A stretch of DNA of 64,000 bases from Squalus acanthias (taxonomy: Eukaryota), in the NCBI GenBank assembly GCA_030390025.1, contig CM059432.1, forward strand, positions 18,168,001 through 18,232,000, written 5' to 3'. Shown here one piece after another: positions 47,508-58,475 of the stretch. The position numbers and the translations under genes were made by a program. Under the pieces are notes generated by a model. That model made no database searches. It had not been told where the DNA came from and saw only the letters and a list, made by a program, of their open reading frames with translations. Each line of letters starts with the position of its first letter. Within the stretch, counting starts at the first letter, position 1.

Positions 47508-49647
47508 TATGACTCTAAGTATGGGGAAGTAACAGAATAGTTTACATGGAATCCAACTAAACAGCGCATAAAGATCAGCACCATTAATTCCCGATCGTCC
47601 GCTGTGTATGCCGGGTTTCTGTGGCTTCCGTTGATCTTCCACCAGAAATTACGGCAGATGATCAGGAGAACTCCTGCGGAAATTCAACCCCAAAACATTT
47701 GGACAGCTCTGGAATAATTCAACAATCAATGTCCCTGGAGGTCCTGCCGAATTTAACGGCAAGACCTGATGAACATTATTTGAACCCGTTTCCCGGCTGC
47801 AGCCAGCCAGATTGCACCAGGTCACAGCCGGGGAGCGGAGAGGAGGGAGGGATGCAGGGAGAGATTGTTGGTTGGACATTGGGGCGGAGCCAGAGAGATC
47901 ATGGGTCGCACATCCAATCGCGGTGGGGGGGGGGCGGGGGGTTGGCCGATCGCTGTGATCCGATTACGAGGGGGAGTGGTCTGATCGTGGGGAGATTAAC
48001 AGCCCCGAGCGGCTTCCCCACTCAGGCCTCGGTTAAAATGGCACCGGGGTCTTTCTGGCGTTACATACCCCCGATTTGCAGAAATTCATGAGGCTCCCAC
48101 CTGCTTTAACTGGGCACCTCGTGCGCCTGCAAAACCCAGCAGGTTAATATCAGAGACGGTGGGAAAGGATCGCATTCCCAACACATAATTAACCTGCTCG
48201 GTTATTTTTCCCACCCGCCCAGTTTCTGCAGGATGGGTTGAATTAAAATCGTTCCCGTGGTATTTTCTTCATAGTGCATTTGTGTTCTGTCTGTTCATTA
48301 ACAGGTAAACAAATAATCCAGTCTGCGTGTTTTGCATTTATTATGCGAGTGATGCTCATTTCCAGAGACAATGTGGCTGGAATTTGGTTTTTATACTGGT
48401 TAATATGAAAAGCTGTATGGGCTGATATCATCAAAAGCCCTTTACGTCATATGGAATGAGGCCTCACTTACAGGAATTGTCTTTGGCATTGAACACAAGA
48501 GAGCTATCTGAGCAGAGCTGTCAACACTGGCTGGGAGTGACACTTTTATATTTAAAAAGTAAAGTGAGGCCATATGAAGTGGTAAGATACATTGACGTAG
48601 GTTACATTTTAAAAGAAAATGAGATATTTGAAAGGTCGTCAAAAAAGGCAAAGTTAACATTTTTTTTAAATGTTAAGGAGATGAATTACACAAATAATTG
48701 CCGATTTGAACCCTCCGATTTTGGACAAGCCTGAGAATGTTAGAAACAGTCTTGTAACTTGCCTGCCGATTTCTCCAAGTTCTGAATTGTTGCCAAGTTT
48801 ACATTAAAGACAGGTGATGAGAGTGTTTCTATTCAACATTTAAACATACTAACAGTATAAGTAGAACTCTTGTCAACACCGTGGTGAAAATATCCAATCT
48901 GCTTAGAATCATAGAATAGAATCATAGAACGATACAGCACAGAAGGAGGCCGTTCGGCCCATCGTGCCTGTGCTGGCTCTTTGGTAGAGCTATCCAATTA
49001 GTCCCACTCCCCTGCTCTTTCCCCATAGCCCAGCAATCTTTTCCTTTTCAAGAATTTATCCAGTTCCCTTTGAAAGGTATTATTGAATTTGCTTCCACCG
49101 CCCTTTCAGTCAGGGCATTCCAGATCATTACAACTCACTGCATAATTTTCCCCCCTCATGTAGCCTCTGGTTCTTTTGCCTATTATCTTAAATCTGTGCC
49201 CTTTGGTTGCCACTCCTTCTGCCACTGGAAACAGTTTCTCCTTATTTCTCAAAACCCTTCATGATTTTGAACACCTCTATCAAATCTCCCCTTAACCTTC
49301 TCTGCTCGAAGGAGAACAACCCCAGTTTCTCTGGTCTCTTAAAGTAACTGAAGTCTTTCATCTCTGGCACCATTCTAGTAAATCTCCTCTGCACCTTCTC
49401 TAAGGCCTTGACATCCTTCCTAAAGTGTGGTGCCCAGAATTGGCTACAATACTCCAGCTGGGACCGAACCAGTGTTTTATAAAGGATTAGCATAACTTCC
49501 TTGTACTCTATTCCTCTATTTGTAAAGCCAAGGTCTGCCTTTTTAACCACCTTCTCAACGTGTCCTGCCACCTCAGAGATTTGTGTATGTACACCCCCAG
49601 GTCTCTCTGTTCCTGCACCCCCTTTAAAATTGCACCATTTTTATATT

Positions 49648-50413
49648 GGGCCAGAAATTCGGCTTTCCGGCTTCCCGCGGGTGCAAGGATCGCACGTGTA
49701 CTTACCTACCGCGCCTGCCGTTGTGCTTCGGGCCCGTGTGGAATTCGGCTCCTGGGCCTCCTGCAGCTGCCGGTGTGCAGTGCTTGCGTATCCCAGGGGC
49801 GCAGTTAGTTCGAAGCGTCCCCTGGGATCACGTGGGCCATGGAGAGCCAATCAGAGCAGGGAATCTCCATTCATAGATTTTGACAGGAAGACCTGTCAAA
49901 TCTATGAATAGAGATCGGCCCGAAAACCTCACTAAAACGTCAGATAAATTTTAAAAAAAACATCACATTTTAAAAATAACTATAAATTACATAAATTAAC
50001 TACTTTAAACAAAAATTAAAATTTTTGAAAAAATTAATTACTCTTTTTAACGGTGCTAAAAATAAACTTACCTTTCTTTAAAGTATGTAAAAAAGATAAA
50101 CCTGTTGAAAAAATGTTTAAATTGTACTTAATTCACCACTTACCTTGTTAAAATCAGGCCTTGCGCCTCCTTTTTTCCTGCGCAGCTTCTCCATACTTAC
50201 ACTCACTCCAAAACCTGTAAAAAAAATGGAAGTTCGCTGCGTGCGCGCTGCCTCTCCGGCGTACGCAGTTGACCCTCGAACCCCTTCTTTCACGAGACCG
50301 GAAGTTCCGGTTTCCCATGCATGCACAGTGCATGCGCGAAACCGGCACTTCCGGTGGCCCTACGGGTGAGTACACAGCGCGTACTCACCCGTGGAGACCC
50401 GAATTTCTGCCCC
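49648..50413. mobile_element. Harbinger-type MITE (family C-related)
   Basis: TIR GGGCCAGAAATTC/GAATTTCTGCCCC; TSD ATT. Confidence 0.88.
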
Positions 50414-50471
50414 ATTGCTTTTCTTCATTCTTCCTACCAAAATGAATCACTTCACACTTATCTGAATTAAA

Positions 50472-50538
50472 TAGCATAGTGGTTATGTTACTGGACTAGT
50501 AACTGGACTAATTATCCGGTAGACGCGAGTTCAAATTC
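50472..50538 (+). promoter_or_regulatory. Type-2 RNA polymerase III internal promoter (A box + B box)
   Basis: TAGCATAGTGG (50472-50482) fits TRGCNNARYGG. GTTCAAATTC at 50529-50538 reads GTTCAAATC in the 44016 and ~21830 copies. Confidence 0.75.
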
Positions 50539-53500
50539 CACCACAGGCAGCTGGGGAATTTAAATTCAGTTAATTAAATAAATCTGGAATAAAAAGCCAG
50601 TATCAGTAATAGTGAACACAAAACTATTGGATTGTCGTAATAAAACCACTAATGTCCTTTAGGGAAGGAAATCAGCCGTCCTGGCCTGGCCTATATGTGA
50701 CTCCAGACCCACAGCAATGTGGTTGACTCTGAAATGGCTGAGCAAGCCACTCAGTTGTAAAAAAACTGCTACGATAAATAATAAGAATAAAACCGGACGG
50801 ACCACTTGGCACCGGCTATGGACATGACAACAGCACACCCTGTCCAGTCGACCCTGCAAAGTCCTCCTCACCAACATCTGGGGACTTGTGCCAAAATTGG
50901 GAGAGCTGTCCCACAGACTAGTCAAGCAGCAGCCTGACATAGTCATACTCACAAAATCATACCTTTCAGCCAATGTCCCAAACTCCTCCATCACCATCCC
51001 TGGGTATGTCCTGTCCCACCGGCAGGACAGACCCACCAGGGGTGGTAGCACAGTGGTATACAGTCGAGAAGGGGTGTCCCTGGGAGTTTTCAACATTGAC
51101 TCTGGACCCCATGAAGTCTCATGGCTTCAGGTCAAGCATGGGCGAGGAAACCTCCTGCTGATTACCACCTACCGCCCTCCCTCAGCTGATGAATCAGTAC
51201 TCCTCCATGTTGAACACCACTTGGAAGAAGCACTGAGAGGAGCAAGGGCACAGAATGTACTCTGGGTGGGGGACTTCAACATCCATCACCAAGAGTGGCT
51301 CAGTAGCACCACTACTGACCGAGCTGGCCGAGTCCTGAAGGGCATAGCTGCCAGACTGGGCCTGTGACAGATGGTGAGAGAACCAACATGAGGGGAAAAA
51401 CCTACTTGACCTCATCCTCACCAATCTACCTGTCGCAGATGCATCTGTCCATGACAGCATTGGTAGCAGTGACCACCGCATAGTCATTGTGGAGACGCAG
51501 TCCCGTCTTTACACTGAGGACACCCTCCATCGTGTTGTGTGGCATTACCACCATGCCAAATGGGAGAGATTCAGAACAGATCTAGCAGCTCAAAACTGGG
51601 CATCCATGAGGCACTGTGGGTCATCAACAGCAGCAGAATTGTATTCCACAATAATCTGTAACATCATGGCCCGGCATATCCCTCACTCTACCATTACCAC
51701 CAAGCCAGGGGACCAACCCTGGATCAATAAGGAGTGTAGAAGGGCATGCCAGGAGCAGCACCAGGCGTACCTAAAAATGAGGTGCCTACCTGGGGAAGCT
51801 GCAACACAGGACTACATGCATGCTAAAAAGCAGAAGCAGCATTCTATAGACAGGGCTAAGCGATCCCACAATCAACGGATCAGATCAAAGCTTTGGTGGT
51901 GGAATATTAAACAACTAATGGGAGGCGGAGGCTCCAGGAATATGCCCATCCTCAAAGATAGTGGAGCTCAGCATTTGAGTGCAAAAGCCAAAGCTGAAGC
52001 GTTTGCAACCATCTTCAGCCAGAAGTGCCGAGTGGATGATCCATATCAGCCTACTCCCGAGGTCCCCACCATCACAGAAGCCAGTCTTCAGCCAATTCGA
52101 TTCACTCCACGTGATATGAAGAAACAGCTGATACACCAAAGGCTATGGGCCCCAACAACATCCCGGCTGTCGTGCTGAAGACTTGTGCTCCAGAACTAGC
52201 CACGCCTCTAGTCAAGCTGTTCCAGTACAGCTATAACACTGGCATCCATCCGACAATGTGGAAAACTGCCCAGGTATGCCCTGTCCACAAAAAGCAGGAC
52301 AAATCCAATCCGGCAAATTACCGCCCCATCAGTCTACTGTCAATCATCAGCAAAGTGATGGAAGGTGTCGTCGACAGTGCTATCAAGCTGCACTTACTCA
52401 CCAATAACTTGCTCAAAGATGCCCAGTTTGGGTTCAGCCACGACCACTCGGCTCCAGACCTCATTACAGCATTGGTCCAAACATGGACAAAAGAGCTGAA
52501 TTCCAGAGGTGAGGTGAGAGTGACGGCCGTTGACATCAAGGCAGCATTTGACCGAGTGTGGCATCAAGGAGCCCTAGTGAAACTGAAGTCAATGGATATC
52601 GGGGGGAAATCTCTCCACTGGCTGGAGTCATACCCAGCACAAAGGAAAATGGTTGTGATGGTTGAAGGTCAATCATCACAGCCCTAGGACATCGCTGCAG
52701 GAGTTCCTCAGGGCAGTGTCCGAGGCCCAACCATCTTCAGCTGCTTCATCAATGACGTTCTCTCCATCATAAGGTCAGAAATGGGGATGTTCGCTGATGA
52801 CTGCACAGTGTTCAGTGCCATTCGCAACTCCTCAGATAATGAAGCAGTCCATGCCCGCATGTAACAAGACTTGGATGACATTCAGGCTTGGGCTGATAAG
52901 TGGCAGGTAACATTTGCACCACACAAGTGCTAGGCAATGACTTTCTCCAACAAGCGAGCGTCTAACCACCACCCCTTGATATGCAACAGCATTACCATTG
53001 CCGAATCCCCTACCATCAATAACCTGGGGGTCACCATTGACCAGAAATTTAACTGGACCAGCCACATAAATACTGTGGCACCAAGAGCAGGTCAGAGGCT
53101 AGGTATTCTGCAGCGAGTGTCTCACCTCCTGACTCCCCAAAGTCTTTCCACCAGCTACAAGGCACAAGTCAGGAGTGTGATGGAATACTCTCCACTTGCC
53201 TGGATGAGTGCAGCTCCAACAACACTCAAGAAGCTCGACACCATCCAGGACAAAGCAGCCCGCTTGATTGGCATCCCATCGACCACCTTGAACATTCACT
53301 TCCTCCACCACCGGTGTACCGTGGCTGCAGTGTGTACCATCTACAAGATGCACTGCAGCAAAATGCCAAGGCTTCTTCGGCAGCACCTCCCAAATGCACA
53401 ACCTCTTCCACCTAGATGGACAAGGGCAGCATGGGAAAATACCACCACCTCCAAGTGCCCCTTCAAGTCACACACCATCCTGATTAGGAAGTATATCGCC

Positions 53501-53694
53501 GATCCTTCACCGTCGCTGGGTCAAAATCCCGGAACTCCCTTCTTTAACAGCACTGTGGGAGTACCTTCACCACACGGACCGCAGCGGTTCAAGAAGGCGG
53601 CTCACCACCACCTTCTCAAAGACAACTAGGGATGGGCAATAAATGCTGGCCTTGCCAGCGATGCCCACATCCCATGAACGAATAAAAAAAAAAA
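50472..53694 (+). mobile_element. Full-length tRNA-headed EN-RT LINE (~3.2 kb, no ORF1)
   Basis: Head, then APE (TNIWGL ~50870, YRPP, GDFN, SDH), then RT (QFGF, AFDRVWH, PQGS, FADD), a short 3' UTR and poly-A. Contains stops and frameshifts. Confidence 0.92.
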
Positions 53695-55564
53695 TTCATC
53701 TACCATGCGTCTGCCCATTTCACCGGTCTGTCTATGTCCGCTTGAAGTCTGTTACTGTCCTCCTCACTGTTTACTACATTTCCAAGTTTCGTGTCATCTG
53801 CAAACTTTGAAATTATGCCGTGAAGACCCAAGTCCAGGTTCATAATATATATCAAAATGAGCAGTGGTCCCAACACCGACCCCTGGGGAACACCACTACA
53901 CACTTTCGTCCTGTCTGAAAAACAACGGTTCACATTCGTCCTGTCTCCTGAAGCCCCCGAGCTTTTGTGAGCATATCAACAAGCAATGCAGAGCAACACC
54001 TACTGCCTCACTGAGCCAGTTAAATTCATCCTATGACTGTAAACTGTGCCACCGAGTGTGGAAACCATGCTTCAGAAGCCCAGATGAACTGTGCCATAGC
54101 AGAGTGTGCACAGTACAAGTGTGGCACTGTGGCTCATGAGGCGACATCCCAAGAGCACGAGAAGTTTAATCCTCATTGATTTTTACCTGGAAATGTAGAC
54201 CAATGGATCTGGGCCTCAAGTGTTGACATGTATGAGAACAATCTTGCCATCACAAGACTGAAGCAGCAATTCCCTTAGGTGTGCTCCATAGTGATCGAAG
54301 AGGCTTAGTGTAATGTATTATCACATGGTTTGTCACATGGTTTGACATGAGCATGCTCAGCTCGCTCTGGCCTAATAAAGCAAGCACATGGACTAGCAAC
54401 TCATCCTGTCTCTGTCCTTCATTTGTTCTACCCACGTATATTACACTTAGTACTTTGTCTTTGTTGGAACTGTTGTATCTGAACACAAATGTCTTCTTCT
54501 GAATAGTCTGCTGCACTTGGATTTGGGTAGAGTTGGCTTGGGCTGAGCTTGGTCTGGTTGTGGGGAACTGGCCACTATAGGGTTGGCTCTGGTGGGAGCC
54601 TGGCCACGACAGGGTCAGGTTGGGCTGGGCAAAGTCTTGGCTAGGTGAGCACGAGTTGGCCAATACAGGGTTTCGTGAGGTGGGGAGCTGGCCACTTTCG
54701 GGTCAGGTGAAGCCAGGTTGTGTTGGATGGGCTGTGCATGTGGTAGGGGGTGCATATTCGAGTGAACTACTTGGCTCATGGTGTACCTGACTAGGAGGAT
54801 TGCTTGATAGCAACGGGCACCAACAGGGAAAAAAGTTCAGTTCCCTCAGCACTGATGCCCCTTTGCTTACTGAAAATAGAAATTCAGATTGAAAGGTATT
54901 TTAAACTCTGGCGCAACGAGGGAAAGAGAGACAGATAATATGGCCTTAAATAAAACCACTGGGAAACTATGTACAGTATGTTAAACATTAATGAGGGGTT
55001 ATGATAAGAGATGCTTTAAAAATTGTTGTAATAAGTTGAAGCTCAGAAAGCTATGATTAAGCTGTTGTATTAAGTGGTTGCACTGTAGCCCAGTGCTCTC
55101 AAATGACATTCCACCATTATCTGAAGTACTGGCACTTAGATTATTGTTCAAACGCTTACTTGATAAAGGGTAAGTTGTTACAAACCACAAGTATGTGCTT
55201 TATTAAACATTACTGGGCAAAATCCATGTCAGTAGCAAAATGATGTTCACTTACTCCTTTATCAGATCAGGGAGCTAGTTATTCCTTGAGGGAAAAGTCA
55301 TGAGAAATTGTTAAACTGTTGGGCAATTTCACCCTCTCTGCTTTGGTATCACTGAAGGCTAACTAAGAGAATCCAGAGAATGTTTTGCAATGGGGTAATG
55401 CAGCTTCGCTGTGCAATCTCCAAGTGCACTGAGTTCCTCGAGAAAGACAAGTTAACCCATTGAGCTCAGTCTCTTTCAGATACATGTTTGGCCTGTTTGG
55501 CTGCAGCGCTGGTTACAGTTTCTACCACCGAACAGCCTTGAAGTGTCCTCGGACGTCTAACCAT

Positions 55565-56867
55565 GGGCTGGAAATTGCGGTCGGAGGCTTCCCGCAGGCG
55601 AATGCCTCCGAATCGCAAGTAAACTCCGCACCCACCTGGTGCCTCTGGACCTTCGAAGACTCACGCTCCTGGGCCTGCGGGCGTAGGCCTGCGTAAAGGC
55701 CCACGTATCCCAGGAGCACAGGCGGTTCACAAGCATTTACATACGGAATCCCCATAAGAATAACAGGAATCCCCTAAAAAACACACTGGCCCGTATTTTC
55801 CGATCACAGGCCGCCCGTGGGCGGAGGCCTGCGATCTGGAAAAATCTACGCCCTTACCTGAGGGCTCCCGGGACGCACACGCTTCCGCTCCTGGGCCATG
55901 ATCACGTGGGCCATGGGGAGCCAATCACAGAAGGGAATCTCCCTTCATACATTTGACAGGAAGACCTGTCAAATATATGAATGAAGATCACCCCAAAAAC
56001 ATAGTAAAACTTTAAATAAATTAAAAAAAAAAATCACATTTTTAAAATGACTTGAAATTGCAATAAATTAAGTATTTTAAACAAAAATTTAATTTTTTGA
56101 AAAAAATAATTAAAGTTTTTTTTACAGGGCTAAAAAGAAACTTACCTTTTTTTTAAAGTTTTTTAAATGATAAATCAGTGAAATTTTAAAAAAAACTTTT
56201 TTGAACTCTTATCCTGGTAAAAGCAGGCCTTACGCTTTTACCAGGCGTAAGAATTGTAAGGGTTTTCTGTGGGCGGAGGGTCTCCAAAAAGCGAACTCTC
56301 CGCCCACAGAGCCCCTTCTCCAGGGCAGCCGGAGGATCTGTCAAGACCATTCTTGACAGATCGGAAATGCCGGTTTTCAGCGCATGCGCTGTGCATGCTG
56401 AAACCGGCATTTCCGATGTTCCTATGGGTGAGTACCCACCCGTAGGGATCGGAATATCTGGGCCATTATCACAGCACTGAAATAAAAATAAATCATCACA
56501 TGGTCAAAATTATTTAAAATACAATTTAATTAAACATTTAAAACAAAAATTTTATTTTTTGAAAAATAAATTTAAACATTTTTCAAGAGGCCAAAAGTAA
56601 CCTAATTTTAAAGGTTTTTGTATGGGTAAATCATTTAACATTTTTTTATTTTATTATTTATTTAAACCCATACACTGGTAAAAGAAGGCCAGGCGTAAGG
56701 GTTTTGTGGGCATTCGCTGGGCAGTAGTTGGGCAAATAGCCCAACCCTGCGCCAGCGAATGTCCATTTCCCGCGGATGAACACGATCTGTCAAGCTGAAA
56801 CTTGACAGATCGCAAGTTCCGGGTTTTCGCGCAGCGTACGTGGTCATAGACCCCGAAAATCTGGACC
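55565..56867. mobile_element. Harbinger-type MITE hosting a nested family C MITE
   Basis: Starts GGGCTGGAAATT and ends AAAATCTGGACC; same GC-arm/AT-core layout as 49648-50413. Confidence 0.65.
55788..56464. mobile_element. Harbinger-type MITE family C (nested)
   Basis: GGCCCGTATTTT/AATATCTGGGCC termini, flanks ACT/ATT; reverse homolog of 33519-34277. Confidence 0.85.
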
Positions 56868-57529
56868 AAGCTGTTTTTTTTCTTCTCAAGATTTAAACTC
56901 TGCAAAATTACAATGGTTTTGTCGGAACGAAATCTATCTGGGGTAAGGGAAAGGCTGAATTTGGAACGTAGATCGCACCCGCCAGTTTTATGTCCCATTT
57001 AAGTTCCATACTAACTTCCACCAGAAGTGAGGGATGGTGTAAGGTACGCTCACCCTAGCTCATGGTACTGTCATGCTAATGATGAGTTTAGGTCCTAAAT
57101 TCCAAAATTTCCACCCGAGCAACCGTCCATATAACAGATGCTGCAACAAAACAAGGGTAACGCTGAGGAAGACTGATATTCGAATGATGAAGGTGACTTG
57201 CTGTGTTTCATTGTGATCACATTATAGTTATTCAACATCTGTAAAACATATTTTACATGTACAACCCTTCAGAACACTATATTCATCATTAAAAGCCAAA
57301 GTCCCATGAAGGCGCCCAAGTCAACCTCATTTCCAGGTCAACTTCAACAGAAAAATCATAAATATCACAACAATATTTCTTACAACAACAATGTATAACG
57401 TTTCTGGATGTTTAGAACTGAACACTCTCCTTGTAATTTTTTGCTTTTTCCTCATTCCTAGTCTAGCATTTCTTCTATGTGCCACCTAAGGGCCTGGATT
57501 TGGGAATGTGATGGCTGTTCTATTACACC

Positions 57530-57915
57530 CTCAACGTCACCATTGATGCCCTTGTCCCGAGTGAAACCCCTCTCCCTTACCCCCTCCACCCTCACCTCCA
57601 ACAACAAGTGCAAGAAGCTCCTCGATCACTTTGTCACTAAGATTGGGAGCGTCCGTTCAGCTGCCTCCGCAGCATCCCTCCCTTCCCCCCCTGCTCTAGC
57701 CCGGAACTGCATCTTTCTCTAGTTTCTCTCCTGCCCTCTCCAAGCTCATCTTGTCCATTAGACCCACTTCCTCTTCTCCCAACGTTATTCCCACTAAATT
57801 GCTGATCTAACACCCCTCTTGGCCCCCATAATAGCTAATATTGCAAATGGTTCTCTCTGCTCAGGTACTGTACCCCTCCTTTTCAAAACTGCCGTCATCA
57901 CCCTCCTTCTCAAAT
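57530..57915 (+). mobile_element. L2 LINE internal fragment
   Basis: C-rich strand encoding HFVTKI, LSKLILSIRPTS and IANIANGSL.SGTVP..FKTAVIT. Confidence 0.65.
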
Positions 57916-58475
57916 AACTCACCCTTCGCCCGGAGATCGTGACGTCATCGTCGTGCGCAGCGCCCCGGTAGCGCCCCGGACCCGAACTTCGGTTCCGCCC
58001 CCTGCAGCATCGCCGGGCAAAAAACACCGGCAGCTGCAGGAGGCGTTCATCGGGAGGCCGGGCGCTTCGGGGGCGATACTTAAAGGCGAGGTGGCCGAGG
58101 TAAGGGAAAAAGATCTGAAACAAAGGTGGAAACATTCGGTATCGACCATTTTGGGGCCGCTACCATCGCCTGGGCGCTAACTTTAGCACCCGGCGCTAAT
58201 TAGCGCGGGTGACCGCGAAATTGAGTTTTAGCGCCCCAAGAGGGAAGTGGAGCGCTAAATCAAGTGCTACCTCTTAGGGCACTAACGTCGCAGAGCGGGG
58301 CGCTACCTTCAGAGCGCTAATCAAGTTCCGGCGCTGTCAATTAGAGAGTCCTCAGACAGACTGGCGCCTTCCAGTTCTAAAGGGGAGGTTTAATCATGCT
58401 GCACAGCCTCACTCTGATCATTGCTGCTTGTGAACTGGGCCTGCAAGGAGCTGCAAGCCTTCATTCAAGCAACTG

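Larger units (their letters stand above)
48905..53935 (-). mobile_element. CR1 LINE 3' part split by a MITE and by the tRNA-headed LINE (pieces 48905-49647, 50414-50471, 53695-53935)
   Basis: GVPQGSVLGP/KFADD in 53700-53933, LEYCSQFWAP in 49242-49571, and an (AATCATAG) tail at 48906. Confidence 0.88.

Noticed and set aside
47520..48256. Additional MITE (similar GC-rich patches at 27800-28005, 38240-38590 and 57920-58120)
   Set aside because: Probably TE remnants, but only one terminus or none could be identified, so boundaries are unsupported.
50472..50545. Functional tRNA gene
   Set aside because: A and B boxes are present, but I see no convincing cloverleaf or T-run terminator, and it is fused to a retroelement.
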